This document shows, piece by piece, positions 24,107-34,294 of a stretch of 64,000 nucleotides of DNA. Source of the DNA: an uncultured Schumannella sp. (GTDB lineage: Bacteria > Actinomycetota > Actinomycetes > Actinomycetales > Microbacteriaceae); contig NZ_CAJQNT010000009.1 of NCBI RefSeq assembly GCF_905479755.1, positions 7,844 through 71,843 on the forward strand, in the 5' to 3' direction. The number at the start of each line of letters is the position of its first letter. The stretch's first letter is position 1. Both the position numbers and the translations under genes were made by a program. The notes under the pieces are model-generated. The model was given only the letters and a program-made list of their open reading frames with translations, was not told where the DNA came from and ran no database searches.

Positions 24107-25780
24107 CTAGTTGACGGTGATGTCGAGCGAGTCGGAGGGATCGGTGGTCAGGCCGCCGGGGCTGCACGAGGCGGTGTAGCTCACCGACGCGGTGCCGGGG
24201 CTTCCGAGAACGATGCTGATCGACGTCGCGTCGGCGGCGACCGGGTTGCCGCCGCTCGCGAAGGTCGCGTTCGTGAGGGTGAAGTTGTAGCCCGCGCGCG
24301 TGTAGCCGGCGGGGCATCCCGAGTACTGCGGGAAGTTGATGACGATCGTCTGCCCCGCCGTGTACGGTCCGACCGTCGAGGAGGTCGGTGTGCTCGGGGT
24401 GGGTGCCCCGGGGTAGGACTGGTACACGCGGACGGTGACCTCTTCGCCCACGGCCAGATTGCCGGTCGGGCTGATCGACTGAACGGTGTCGTTCTGCGCG
24501 GGCGAACTCGCGACCGAGCCATCCTGGCGAACCACCTTGAGGCCGAGCTCCTCCAGCGCGGCCTGCACCTGGTTGAACGGCTGGCCCTCGTAGTCAGCGG
24601 CGCGAATCACGACCGGGGTCTCGCTGGGCTCCGGGGTCGGATCCGGCGTCGCCTCGGCCGAGGTGGGCGCCGGGGAGCTGGGCGTCGCCTCCGGGTCGGT
24701 GCCGCTCGGACTGATCGCGAGCACGATGATGATCGCCACGAGCGCGACGGTGAGCACCCCGACGAGGGCGACGAGCGGCCAGGTCCAGGGATTGCGTCGG
24801 GGCGTGGTGTCGAGCGGCGCGGTCGCGGTCGACACGCCGGCGCTGGCGCCGCCGACCCCGCCGGGCAGGATGCGGGTTGCGGCGGTGCCCATGACGGCGG
24901 TCGCGGCCGTGAGATCGGTTCCTTCGGCGAGGATCGGCACCGCGGCGATGGCGCCCGCGATGTCGTTGCGTCGCAGCGCCTGCGCGGCGCGCGCGAGATG
25001 CGCGGCCGAGGCCGGCCGATCTTCGGGGCGCTTCGCGATGCAGGAGTAGACGAGGTTGCGCACCATCTCGGACACGGTGACCGGCAGCTCCGGCGGGGCG
25101 TCATTGATCTGTGCCATCGCGATCGCGACCTGCGATTCGCCGGTGAACGGGCGACGGCCGGCGAGGGCCTCGTAGGCGACGATTCCGAGCGAGTAGATAT
25201 CGGTCGAGGGCGAGGCCGAGTGGCCGCTCGCCTGCTCCGGCGAGAGGTACTGCACCGTCCCCATGACCTGACCGGTGGCCGTGAGCGGCACCTGGTCGGC
25301 GATCCGGGCGATGCCGAAGTCGGTGATCTTGACGCGGCCATCCGGCGTGATGAGGAGGTTTCCCGGCTTGATGTCGCGGTGCACGAGGCCGGCCTGATGC
25401 GCAGCCTGCAGCGCCGAGGCGGTCTGTGCCACGAAGTCGAGCACCTTGTCGCTCGGCAGCACGCGCTCGCGCTCGAGCACGGCGCTCAGCGCCTCGCCGG
25501 GCACGAGCTCCATGACGAGGAAGGCGGAGCCGTCCTCCTCGCCGTAGTCGAAGACGTTCGCGATGCCCTCGTGGTTCACCAGGGCCGCGTGGCGCGCCTC
25601 CGCCCGGAAGCGCTCCAGGAACCCGGGATCGCCGAGGTACTCGTCCTTCAAGATCTTGATCGCGACGGTGCGCCCGATCACGAGGTCGGTGGCCTGCCAG
25701 ACCTCGCCCATGCCGCCGATGGCGATGCGGGACGACAGCTGATAGCGCCCCCCGAAGGTGAGCCCGCTTGTGGGTCTCAT
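24107..25780 (-). CDS. pknA: Ser/Thr protein kinase
   Basis: GGMGEVWQA, HRDIKPGNLL, DFGIAR. TM plus an extracellular region. Position between pknB and pbpA. Confidence 0.85.
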   Translation of the reverse strand: MRPTSGLTFGGRYQLSSRIAIGGMGEVWQATDLVIGRTVAIKILKDEYLGDPGFLERFRAEARHAALVNHEGIANVFDYGEEDGSAFLVMELVPGEALSAVLERERVLPSDKVLDFVAQTASALQAAHQAGLVHRDIKPGNLLITPDGRVKITDFGIARIADQVPLTATGQVMGTVQYLSPEQASGHSASPSTDIYSLGIVAYEALAGRRPFTGESQVAIAMAQINDAPPELPVTVSEMVRNLVYSCIAKRPEDRPASAAHLARAAQALRRNDIAGAIAAVPILAEGTDLTAATAVMGTAATRILPGGVGGASAGVSTATAPLDTTPRRNPWTWPLVALVGVLTVALVAIIIVLAISPSGTDPEATPSSPAPTSAEATPDPTPEPSETPVVIRAADYEGQPFNQVQAALEELGLKVVRQDGSVASSPAQNDTVQSISPTGNLAVGEEVTVRVYQSYPGAPTPSTPTSSTVGPYTAGQTIVINFPQYSGCPAGYTRAGYNFTLTNATFASGGNPVAADATSISIVLGSPGTASVSYTASCSPGGLTTDPSDSLDITVN

Positions 25781-27234
25781 CTGTTCAGCACCGCCTCAAT
25801 GACCTTCTTCGCAATCGGCGCCGCAACGGTGTTGCCGAACCCGGACTGCCCGAGTCCACCGCCATCTTCCACCACCACCGCAACCGCAACCTGTGGGTTG
25901 TCAGCCGGGGCAAAACCCGTGAACCAGAGCGTGTACGGCTCGCCCTCGCCATTCTGTGCTGTGCCGGTCTTGCCCGCGACGTCAACCCCCGTAATTGTCG
26001 CATTACTGGCGGCGCCGCTCGCGACGTTGTTGATCATCATGTCGCGCATCAGCGCGGCGGTCTCGCTGCTGAGCGGCGTGCCGTACACCTGCGGTTCCAG
26101 CGCCTGCACGATCGACAGGTCGGGCGCCACGATCTTGTCGACGAGCGTCGGCAGCATCTGTGTTCCGCCGGTGGCGATCGCGCCGGAGACCATCGCCATC
26201 TCGAGCGGAGTCACCCGCACGTTCGCCTGGCCGAACGAGGAGAGCATGAGCTGCGCCTCGCTCTCCGTCTGCGGGAAGATGCTCGGCGTGACGCTCATCG
26301 GAACGCTGATGCTCTCATCGCCGAAGCCGAAGCGGGCCGCCTGGGCGGCGATCGCCTCGTAGCCGAGCTCCTGGCCGAGCTCGGCGAACGGCACGTTGCA
26401 CGACAACCGCAGTGCGTCGGCGATCGTGACCGTGTCGCCGCCGCCGCAGGCGCCGCCGCCCGAGTTCGAGACGACCGAGCTGCTCTCGGGCAGGGTGATG
26501 GTGCGCGGGTTCGGCAGCTCGCTGTCGGGGGTGTACTCCCCCGACTCCAGCGCGGCTGCGGCGACGATCAGCTTGAACGTCGAGCCGGGGTGATAGAGGT
26601 CGCCCGAGATCGCGCGGTTGATGAGCGGATCGTCGGTGTCGTTGAGCAGCTCGGTGTAGTTGTCGATGACGACACTCGAGTTGTGGCTGGCCAGGTCGTT
26701 CGGGTCGAAGCTCGGTGTGGAGACCATCGCCAGGATCGCGCCGGTCGTCGGGTCGATCGCGACGACCGACCCCTTCAGATCGCCCAGCGCATCCCATGCC
26801 GCCTGCTGCACCGCCGGATCGATGGTGACCTGCACGGCGGCGCCCTGCGGGTTCTGGCCGGTGAGGATGGCGTTCACCCGGTCGAGGAACTGCTCGCTCG
26901 CCGTGCCGCTCAGGAAGTCGTTGAGCTCGCCCTCGATGCCGGTCGTGCCCTGATCGAGCGTGAAGTAGCCCGTGACCGCGGCGTACAGCGGCCCGTTCGA
27001 GTACTCGCGCTGGTAGGAGTACTCGTCGTCCACCGGAACGGAGTTCGCGATGGCGATGCCGTCGACGAGGATCGAGCCGCGCTCGGCCGAGAAGCTGTCG
27101 TACAGCGTGCGGGCGTTGAACGGGTTGGCGGCGAGCTCGTCCTGCTGGAAGACCTGGATGATCGAGCTGGACGTGAACAGCGCGAGGAACATCAGCAGCA
27201 CGAGCACGCTCACCCGGCGAAGTTCTTTGTTCAT
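25777..27234 (-). CDS. pbpA: penicillin-binding protein (D,D-transpeptidase, PbpA/FtsI family)
   Basis: STFK (HPGSTFKLIV), SCN and KTGT motifs. 4-nt overlaps with pknA and rodA. Confidence 0.9.
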   Translation of the reverse strand: MNKELRRVSVLVLLMFLALFTSSSIIQVFQQDELAANPFNARTLYDSFSAERGSILVDGIAIANSVPVDDEYSYQREYSNGPLYAAVTGYFTLDQGTTGIEGELNDFLSGTASEQFLDRVNAILTGQNPQGAAVQVTIDPAVQQAAWDALGDLKGSVVAIDPTTGAILAMVSTPSFDPNDLASHNSSVVIDNYTELLNDTDDPLINRAISGDLYHPGSTFKLIVAAAALESGEYTPDSELPNPRTITLPESSSVVSNSGGGACGGGDTVTIADALRLSCNVPFAELGQELGYEAIAAQAARFGFGDESISVPMSVTPSIFPQTESEAQLMLSSFGQANVRVTPLEMAMVSGAIATGGTQMLPTLVDKIVAPDLSIVQALEPQVYGTPLSSETAALMRDMMINNVASGAASNATITGVDVAGKTGTAQNGEGEPYTLWFTGFAPADNPQVAVAVVVEDGGGLGQSGFGNTVAAPIAKKVIEAVLNR

Positions 27235-28619
27235 GAGGGAACCACCACCCAGCGCGGTTGGCTTCGCACCGAGTCGGAGAGCCGCAGCAGCAGCGCCACG
27301 ATGATCCAGTTCGCGACGAGCGAGGAACCGCCGGCGGCGAGGAACGGCGTGGTGAGTCCGGTGAGCGGAATCACCCGCGTCACGCCGCCGATGACGATGA
27401 AGACCTGGAGCGCGACCACGAACGAGACGCCGACGCCGAGGAGCCGGCCGAAGTCATCCTGCCCGGTGAAGCCGATGCGGAATCCGCGCGAGACGAACAG
27501 CAGGTACAGGCAGAGAATCGCGAACAGGCCGATCAGTCCCAGCTCTTCGCCGAGGGTCGCCATGATGAAGTCGCTCTCGGCGAGCGGCACGATGTCGGGG
27601 CGCCCGCGGCCGAGTCCGGTGCCGAGAAGACCGCCGTTGGCCAGGCCGAAGATGCCCTGCACGAGCTGATAGCTCTGGTCGTCGGCGTACTCGGGGTTGA
27701 ACGCGTCGAGCCAGGCGGTGAAGCGGTTGCCGACGTAGGTGAAGAGCCGGCTCGCCGCGAACGCACCGCCGACGAAGAGCAGCATGCCGAGGATGATCCA
27801 GCTCGGGCGCCCGGTGGCGACGTAGAGCATCACCAGGAACAGGCCGAAGTAGAGCAGCGAGGTTCCGAGGTCGCGCTGGCCGATGAGGACGACCATCGCG
27901 AACATCCAGACCACCAGGATCGGGCCGAGGTCGCGCGCGCGAGGGAACCGGATGCCGAGGATCGTGCGCCCCACGAGCGAGAGCGAGTCGCGCGCGGTGA
28001 CGAGGTAGCCGGCGAAGAAGACCGCCAGCAGGATCTTGCCGATCTCACCGGGCTGGAAGGAGAGCCCGCCGACGCTGATCCAGACGTAGGCCCCGTTGAC
28101 CGGGCGCCCGAGTCCCGGAACCAGCGGAAGAAGCAGCAGGATGAGCGCCGCGAGACCGATGACGTAGCGGTACCGCAGGAGCACCCGATGGTTGCGGATG
28201 AGCAGCAGCACGGCGAACGCGATGATGATCGCGATCGCCGACCAGGCGATCTGGCGGACGCCGGACGCATCCCAGCCGACAAGCTCCTTGGCGATGTCAA
28301 TGCGGGTGATGCCGGCGATGCCGATCCCGTTGAGCACGGTCGCGATCGGCAGCACGAACGGGTCGGCGTCGGGGGCGACGACCCGCAGCGCGACGTGCAC
28401 GGCGAGCACGAGGATGCCGAGGCCGGCGCCGAGGGCGAGCATGGTGCCGCCGATCCGGCCGAGAGCGCCGATCTGCACCAGCCCGAGCGCGACGCCGTTG
28501 ATCGCGATCGCGAGCAGCAGCATGCCCAGCTCGATGTTGCGCCGGCGCGCGGGCTGGCGGAGGCGAAGGCGGATCGTCGTCGTCAGCGGGGGGCGGGTCG
28601 CGGTGTCGGGTGACGTCAT
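27231..28619 (-). CDS. rodA: FtsW/RodA/SpoVE family peptidoglycan polymerase
   Basis: Polytopic membrane protein with the C-terminal TGLTTPFLAAGGSS motif. Start taken at ATG 28619 (MTSPDTATRPP...), directly after the pstP stop. Confidence 0.9.
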   Translation of the reverse strand: MTSPDTATRPPLTTTIRLRLRQPARRRNIELGMLLLAIAINGVALGLVQIGALGRIGGTMLALGAGLGILVLAVHVALRVVAPDADPFVLPIATVLNGIGIAGITRIDIAKELVGWDASGVRQIAWSAIAIIIAFAVLLLIRNHRVLLRYRYVIGLAALILLLLPLVPGLGRPVNGAYVWISVGGLSFQPGEIGKILLAVFFAGYLVTARDSLSLVGRTILGIRFPRARDLGPILVVWMFAMVVLIGQRDLGTSLLYFGLFLVMLYVATGRPSWIILGMLLFVGGAFAASRLFTYVGNRFTAWLDAFNPEYADDQSYQLVQGIFGLANGGLLGTGLGRGRPDIVPLAESDFIMATLGEELGLIGLFAILCLYLLFVSRGFRIGFTGQDDFGRLLGVGVSFVVALQVFIVIGGVTRVIPLTGLTTPFLAAGGSSLVANWIIVALLLRLSDSVRSQPRWVVVPS

Positions 28620-28620
28620 G

Positions 28621-29862
28621 TCAGCCGCCCGCCGCCGCTTGCAGCCGCGCGACGATGTCAAGCGCATCGCGCAGGTTGTCCGCGCTGATCGTCTTGGTCA
28701 CCGCCTCCTGCTGGTATTCGGGCAGGTCGAGCAACTCGATCGCGGTCGTCTGGTACACGCTCGACAGCTCGAGCGGCCCGATCGTCGCCTGCACCCCCTG
28801 GAACACGGCCACCCGGCCGTCTTCCTCGCCGACGTAATAGTGCGACTGGGTCCAGCGGTACGACAGGAAGGCGGCGGCCACGATGGCGGCGATGGCCAGC
28901 ACGAGCAGCAGCAGCGCCGAGATGCGCCTCCGGATCGCGCGCCGGCGATCCTCCTCGATCAGCTCCTCGAGGAAGCCCTCGCGTTCGGGTTCGAAGTGCG
29001 CATCCTCCGACTGCGAGGCCTTCAGCGGATGCAGCAGCAGCGTGGGGAGGCGGATGGGTCGGCGGACGGGCTCGGCGTCGAAGCTCAGCGGCGCCGCCGC
29101 CGAGCCGACGAGAACGGGCGGCGCGGGGTGCACCTCCTCCTCGTCGTCGATGTCGAGCAGCACGACCGTCACGTTGTCGGGGGCGCCGTGGTCGAGGCTC
29201 TCGCGCACCAGGCGGTCGGCGGCCGACTGCGGGGTGCGGAACGAGCCGAGAATCGACGCGATCTTCTCGTCGGAGACGTAGCTCGAGAGACCATCCGAGC
29301 AGAGCATCCAGCGGTCGCCGACGCGGGTGTCGAGGATCTTGGTGTCGATCTCGGGTGCGGCGTCGACATCGCCGAGCACGCGCATCAGCACCGAGCGACG
29401 CGGATGCACCGCGGCCTCCTCGGGCGTGATGCGTCCCGAGTCGACGAGGCGCTGCACGAAGGTGTGGTCGGCGGTGAGCTGCTCGAGCTCGCCGTCACGG
29501 TAGCGGTACACACGCGAGTCGCCGATGTGGGCGAGCGCGACGCGGTTGCCGACGCGGACGATGCCGCTGACGGTGGTGCCCATGCCGGTCAGCTCGTGGT
29601 GCTCGAACACGGTCTCGGCGAGCAGGCCGTTCGCCGCGATCAGCGCGTCATGCAGGGCCTGTTCGGCGTCCTCCGCCGTCGCGTAGGCGACATCCGCGTC
29701 GACGAGGCGCTTGGTCGTGATCGCCGAGGCGACGTCGCCGCCCGCGTGGCCGCCCATCCCGTCGGCGACCACGAAGAGGTGGGTGCCGGAGTAGCCGGAG
29801 TCCTGGTTGTTGGCCCGGATCCGACCGACGTGGGAGACCGCCGCGCTCGTGGGTGTCGTCAT
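28621..29862 (-). CDS. pstP: PP2C-family Ser/Thr phosphatase
   Basis: GRIRANNQDSGY...VADGMGGHAGGDVAS...CSDGL, plus a C-terminal TM. Confidence 0.9.
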   Translation of the reverse strand: MTTPTSAAVSHVGRIRANNQDSGYSGTHLFVVADGMGGHAGGDVASAITTKRLVDADVAYATAEDAEQALHDALIAANGLLAETVFEHHELTGMGTTVSGIVRVGNRVALAHIGDSRVYRYRDGELEQLTADHTFVQRLVDSGRITPEEAAVHPRRSVLMRVLGDVDAAPEIDTKILDTRVGDRWMLCSDGLSSYVSDEKIASILGSFRTPQSAADRLVRESLDHGAPDNVTVVLLDIDDEEEVHPAPPVLVGSAAAPLSFDAEPVRRPIRLPTLLLHPLKASQSEDAHFEPEREGFLEELIEEDRRRAIRRRISALLLLVLAIAAIVAAAFLSYRWTQSHYYVGEEDGRVAVFQGVQATIGPLELSSVYQTTAIELLDLPEYQQEAVTKTISADNLRDALDIVARLQAAAGG

Positions 29863-29865
29863 CGG

Positions 29866-30396
29866 CTACCGCCGCAGTTCGAAGCTCGTCGTGCCGATCG
29901 TCACCGGGACGTTCGGCGGAACCGGGGTGGGCAGCGTCACGCGCGCGCCGTCGACAACCGTGCCGTTGGTCGAGTCGAGATCCTGGATGACCCAGGAGTC
30001 GTTCCACAGCATGAGGCGCGCGTGGTGCGTGGAGGTGTAGTCATCGCGGATGACCAGCCCGGACTCGCTGGAGCGCCCGATGGTGAGCTGCTCGGCGGGC
30101 AGGTCGATCTCCATGCCCTCGCGCGGTCCGGAGGTGATGACCAGTCGACGCGGGGTGGTCTCGCTCGGACCGGGGGGCGCGCGGTGCGCCTCCACGCGCG
30201 GGGCGCTCGGCTTGTCGCTGGGGGCGGAGGGCGCCACCGCGGTGTCCTGGGCGCCGGCGACGGGTGCCGCATCCGGCAGCTTGCGGGCGCGCTGGCCGAA
30301 GAGATCGGAGCGCAGCGAGTACACGACGACGAAGACGAAGAACCACAACAGGAGCAGGAACCCCAGTTGCAGCAGAAGCAGAGTCAGTTCGCTCAC
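29866..30396 (-). CDS. fhaB: FHA domain protein (FhaB/FipA)
   Basis: GTG 30396 (VSELTLLLLQLGFLLLLWFFVF...) with SD GAAGGAG upstream. C-terminal FHA: IGRSSESGLVIRDDYTSTHHARL...DLDSTNGT. Confidence 0.8.
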   Translation of the reverse strand: MSELTLLLLQLGFLLLLWFFVFVVVYSLRSDLFGQRARKLPDAAPVAGAQDTAVAPSAPSDKPSAPRVEAHRAPPGPSETTPRRLVITSGPREGMEIDLPAEQLTIGRSSESGLVIRDDYTSTHHARLMLWNDSWVIQDLDSTNGTVVDGARVTLPTPVPPNVPVTIGTTSFELRR

Positions 30397-30427
30397 GGGC
30401 GGCCAGGCTCCTTCAGCTCGTGAACAC

Positions 30428-31126
30428 TCATGGCGTTCTCGGGTTCCGCGGGTCGGTGCCGGCCGCATGGGCGAGCACTCGGAACACGATACGGGTTCTG
30501 CCCAGTTCGATGACACTGTCGGGCTGGAGTGGCGCGGTGCCGAGGCGCACCCCGTTGAGCTTCGAGCCGTTGGTCGAGCCGAGGTCCTTGACCTGGCCGC
30601 GCTTGCCGTCCCACAGGATCTCGATGTGCTTCCGGCTGGTTCCGGGGTCATCGATCGTGATGTCGGCGTCGCTTCCGCGTCCGATCACGGTGCGCCCGGT
30701 CGGGAGCCGGTGCTGCTCTCCCGCGATGTCCAGGGTGGGCACCCAGTCGACCTCGCCCTTCACGTTGACCGAATCGATCCGCACGATGCCCTGGCTCAGG
30801 GTCGTGTCTTCGGTGAGTGTGATCGTGATGCCGCCCGCGAAGGAGTAATGCTGGGCGGCGGCGTGCTGCTGCACCAGCTGCGTGAACTCATCGATCAGCG
30901 GCTCGCCGAGCCCGCTCATCCGCTCGAAGTCGGCGGGGGCGAGGCGCACGGTGAACTGGTTGGGGGCGAGGATCCGGTCGCGCGAGACGACGGCTGCCTT
31001 GGTGTCGAGCTCGCGGCGGAGTGCGGCCGTCACCTCCAGCGGCTGCAGACCGCTTTTGAAGGTCTTGGCGAAGGCGCCGTTGACGACGCGTTCCAAGCCC
31101 TGCTCAAAGCTGTCGAGAATCCCCAC
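30428..31126 (-). CDS. fhaA: FHA domain protein with DUF3662-like N-terminus (FhaA)
   Basis: GTG 31126 (VGILDSFEQGLERVVNGAFAKTFKSGLQPLE...) with SD GGAAGGGGA. C-terminal FHA: IGRGSDADITIDDPGTSRKHIEI...DLGSTNGS. Confidence 0.8.
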   Translation of the reverse strand: MGILDSFEQGLERVVNGAFAKTFKSGLQPLEVTAALRRELDTKAAVVSRDRILAPNQFTVRLAPADFERMSGLGEPLIDEFTQLVQQHAAAQHYSFAGGITITLTEDTTLSQGIVRIDSVNVKGEVDWVPTLDIAGEQHRLPTGRTVIGRGSDADITIDDPGTSRKHIEILWDGKRGQVKDLGSTNGSKLNGVRLGTAPLQPDSVIELGRTRIVFRVLAHAAGTDPRNPRTP

Positions 31127-31345
31127 GGGTCCCCTTCCGGCGTGCAGGCTCGGGCCGTGGCGCCCCAAGCCCGAATATGTTGATCGTAACGGGCCGAGCC
31201 GGGTTGGCTCTCGGACTTCGATTCCCGCGCCCCTTCCCACCCCGCTCCCGCCCCGCGAGCGGTGCCAAAAGCGCGGTCTGCGCATCCGGGACCGCACGTT
31301 TCGCACCGCTCGCGGGGGTGGGGGCGCGCGAGCGCCCCGGCACGC

Positions 31346-31354
31346 TGTGATAAT
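31346..31354 (+). promoter_or_regulatory. extended -10-like element TGTGATAAT upstream of tRNA-Leu
   Basis: Sequence match only. Located about 34 nt before the tRNA 5' end. Confidence 0.3.
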
Positions 31355-31387
31355 CTCTGTCAGTTGATCGCCTCGGTGGTCACATGC

Positions 31388-31473
31388 GCGCGAGTGGTGA
31401 AATGGCAGACACGCTGGCTTCAGGTGCCAGTGCTCGCAAGGGCGTGCGGGTTCAAGTCCCGCCTCGCGCACCA
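31388..31473 (+). tRNA. tRNA-Leu(CAG), class II with long variable arm, CCA encoded
   Basis: Acceptor GCGCGAG/CTCGCGC. Anticodon arm CTGGC-TTCAGGT-GCCAG. Variable arm TGCTCGCAAGGGCGT. T-arm GCGGG-TTCAAGT-CCCGC. Discriminator A plus CCA. Confidence 0.9.
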
Positions 31474-31557
31474 AGAGATATCGACGGAAGCGGCACGCGG
31501 TCCAGTGCCGCCCGACTGGCTGGCGACAACCGGGTCGCCGGTTCCTAGCCTGGCCGC

Positions 31558-32256
31558 ATGCCTCCGCTCGCAAACCCCCCAGCAACCCCGCCGACCGCAG
31601 CACTCGCCGATGCGTCGTTGCGCCTTGGTCTTCCGGTGCAGCTTGCGCCGGTCAGCCTTGCGTCGCTGGCGCGGGGCCGAATCGTCTCCGGTCGCGCGGC
31701 GCCCGTCACGCACCTGGGGAGCGTCGACGTGATCCTCGAGGCGATCGACGATGCGTCGGAGGGGGCGGTGCTCGTCGTCGACAACGGGGGCCGCGACGAT
31801 GAGGCGTGCGTCGGCGATCTGATCGTGCTGGAGGCGGCGACAGCTGGGCTCGCGGCGGCGGTGATCTGGGGACGCCACCGCGACGAGGCGCAGCTGCGGG
31901 AGATCGGGCTGCCGGTGTGGAGCCGCGGCGCACATCCGTTCGGACCCCGCCGCGTTCCCCCCGCGGGCCGCGCCATGCGCAGCGCGATGCTCGACGGGGT
32001 GGCGGTCTCGGCTGACGACTGGATCGCCGCCGACGACGACGGCGTGCTCGTGTTCGCCGCCGCGCATCTCGACGCGCTCACCGCGACCGCCGCCGAGATC
32101 GTGCGCACCGAGGCCGCGCAGGCCGAGCGGATGCGCGCTGGCGATAGCCTGCGCGCGCAGCTCGACTTCGCCGGCTACCGCTCCCGCCAGGCGGCGGATC
32201 CCGACCTCACCCTGCGCCGCTACCTCACCGAGCGCGGCGGCGCGATCGAGGTGTAG
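31558..32256 (+). CDS. RraA family protein (RNase E regulator / HMG-aldolase-like)
   Basis: ...GAVLVVDNGGRDDEACVGDLIVLEAATAGLAAAVIWGRHRD... Confidence 0.75.
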   Translation: MPPLANPPATPPTAALADASLRLGLPVQLAPVSLASLARGRIVSGRAAPVTHLGSVDVILEAIDDASEGAVLVVDNGGRDDEACVGDLIVLEAATAGLAAAVIWGRHRDEAQLREIGLPVWSRGAHPFGPRRVPPAGRAMRSAMLDGVAVSADDWIAADDDGVLVFAAAHLDALTATAAEIVRTEAAQAERMRAGDSLRAQLDFAGYRSRQAADPDLTLRRYLTERGGAIEV

Positions 32257-32283
32257 GCGAGAGGCGTCGTCGTGCCCCCGCCA

Positions 32284-32904
32284 TCACTCGGCTGCGCGAT
32301 TCAACGCCGGAATCGCGTCGGTGACGTCGTACACGTTCATGAACAGCGGGCCGGGCGCCTCGCTCCACGAGACCGTCGCGCGACCGCCCGTGGCGACCGG
32401 CAGCAGGCCCGCGTCGATCACCAGGCGCGCCGCCGCGTTCGTTGCTTCGGCGCTCTCCGATGCGACGAAGACGGCAGCAGGATGCGCCGACATCGCGGCG
32501 CTCGCCTGCTGCACGGAGAGGTTGTGGAAAGCCTTGACGAGCACCGCTTCGGGGAGAGCCTCGGCGACGTGATCGTGCGCGGTCGCGGAGCCCAGTTCGA
32601 TGAGGCCCGTGCGCTCCGGGTTGAACGGATTCGTTGTATCGATCACGATCTTCTCGCCCGCCGCCCCGAGTCGAGCGGCCGCATCCGCGATGCATTCGAA
32701 TGGCGGCGCGAAGAGGATGACGTCGCTGCACTCGACGAGCTCTTCCACCTCGCTGGTCGAGGCTCGCGGTCCCAACGACGCAGCTGCCGCCGCGAGTGAG
32801 TCCGGATTGCGGGAGTAGCTGAGGATCACATCATGTCCTCGCTGGACCCATGCCTGACTGTAGAGCCGACCCACGTTGCCGGCGCCGACGATTCCAATGC
32901 GCAC
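32284..32904 (-). CDS. NAD(P)-binding oxidoreductase (NADPH-dependent F420 reductase-like)
   Basis: GTG 32904 with SD AGGAGGA. VRIGIVGAGNVGRLYSQAWVQRGHDVILSYSR is a Rossmann motif. Confidence 0.65.
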   Translation of the reverse strand: MRIGIVGAGNVGRLYSQAWVQRGHDVILSYSRNPDSLAAAAASLGPRASTSEVEELVECSDVILFAPPFECIADAAARLGAAGEKIVIDTTNPFNPERTGLIELGSATAHDHVAEALPEAVLVKAFHNLSVQQASAAMSAHPAAVFVASESAEATNAAARLVIDAGLLPVATGGRATVSWSEAPGPLFMNVYDVTDAIPALNRAAE

Positions 32905-32997
32905 TGCGTTCCTCCTGACGACCTCGCGCTTCGATTGTCGAAGCAAAAGCCACGCTAATGCTTCGACTTTCGAAGCGCAAGGCGATATTCTGGCGGA

Positions 32998-33351
32998 ATG
33001 TCTACTCCGATGCCCGGTCGCGCCGTTCGCGGCTCCCGTAGCGGGCGCCCGCTGTTCGCGCTGCTCGACCTGATGACTCGGCGATGGGCCATGCGCATCG
33101 TGTGGGAGCTTCAGTCGGGCGACCTCAGCTACCGCGAGCTGCAGCGGTCGTGCGATGGCATGTCTTCCTCAACGCTCGCGATCCGTCTGCGTGAACTAAC
33201 GGACGCCGGTGTCGTCACGCGTCGCGACGACGGCGCGTACGGACTCACCGCCCTTGCGGTCGAGCTCCCCGCCGCCTTCGAGCCGCTGATCCACTGGTCC
33301 GCGCGGTGGGCTGAGAGCGACGACGAGGGGTCACCCCCGCTCACGTCATGA
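32998..33351 (+). CDS. HxlR family winged-helix transcriptional regulator
   Basis: LLDLMTRRWAMRIVWELQSGDLSYRELQRSCDGMSSSTLAIRLRELTDAGVVTR. Divergent from the oxidoreductase gene. Confidence 0.8.
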   Translation: MSTPMPGRAVRGSRSGRPLFALLDLMTRRWAMRIVWELQSGDLSYRELQRSCDGMSSSTLAIRLRELTDAGVVTRRDDGAYGLTALAVELPAAFEPLIHWSARWAESDDEGSPPLTS

Positions 33352-33372
33352 GGTGCCCGCGGCGCCCCGACC

Positions 33373-34260
33373 TCACATCGCGGCGGTCGCCGTCGCGGGC
33401 TCCCGAGCCCCCTTCCGCTCGCGAATGATGAACCCGAACGCGAGCGCGATGAAGAACATCAGCACGCCGTAGACGGCGGCGGGCAGCGACATCTCGACGC
33501 TGCCGATCACGGTCTGCGCGATCACGATCGCCAGCGTCGCGTTGTGGATGCCGATCTCGAACGAGCTGGCCACCGCCTGGCGTCGCTCCACCCGGAACAG
33601 GCGCGGCACGAAGAATCCCAGGGTGAGGCTCAGCACGCAGAACAGCACAACGATGCCGGCCAGCCCGGCGATGTTCGAGATCAGCAGGTCGAGGTTCGCG
33701 ATGACGGCTCCCGCGATCACGATCGCCAGGATCAGCATGGAGGCGATCCGCACCGGCGTGTCCATCGCATCCGCGAATCGGGGCTTCCACCAGCGCACCA
33801 GCATGCCGAGCACGACCGGGCCGAGCACGATCGCGAACACCTCGACCGCCTTGGCGAACTGGATGCCGAGGCCGTCATCGCCGGGCAGGAAGAACGTGAT
33901 CGCCAGGTTGGTGATGAGCGGCAGGGTGAAGATCGCGATGATCGAATTGATGGCCGTCAGCGAGATGTTCAGGGCGACGTCGCCGCGGAACAGGTGGCTG
34001 TAGAGGTTCGCGGTCGAACCGCCGGGGCTGGCGGCCAGCAGCAGCATGCCGACGGCGAGGATCGGCGGCAGCTGGAACAGCAGCACCAGGCCGAAGCAGA
34101 GGGCCGGCAGCAGCACCAGCTGGCAGCCGAGAGCGATGATCACCGCCTTCGGATGCTTGGCGACCCGGGCGAAATCACCGGGGGTGAGCGAGAGGCCGAG
34201 CCCGAACATGATGATGCCGAGCGCGACCGGAAGGCCGATGGCGGTCAACGTTGATCCCAT
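33373..34260 (-). CDS. bile acid:sodium symporter (BASS) family transporter
   Basis: Polytopic protein; LLLAASPGGSTANLYSH and GIHNATLAIVIA are BASS-like motifs. Confidence 0.8.
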   Translation of the reverse strand: MGSTLTAIGLPVALGIIMFGLGLSLTPGDFARVAKHPKAVIIALGCQLVLLPALCFGLVLLFQLPPILAVGMLLLAASPGGSTANLYSHLFRGDVALNISLTAINSIIAIFTLPLITNLAITFFLPGDDGLGIQFAKAVEVFAIVLGPVVLGMLVRWWKPRFADAMDTPVRIASMLILAIVIAGAVIANLDLLISNIAGLAGIVVLFCVLSLTLGFFVPRLFRVERRQAVASSFEIGIHNATLAIVIAQTVIGSVEMSLPAAVYGVLMFFIALAFGFIIRERKGAREPATATAAM

Positions 34261-34294
34261 GGCCGTCAGTCTGGCCTGAGCAATGCTCCGAGCG

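Noticed and set aside
24089-30423. Very long plus-strand ORFs (24089..26362, 25768..27669, 27258..28613, 28192..30423) across pknA-pbpA-rodA-pstP
   Set aside because: The opposite strand encodes unmistakable kinase, PBP, RodA and PP2C proteins. The plus-strand translations are Arg/Asp/Gly/His-rich with no motifs.
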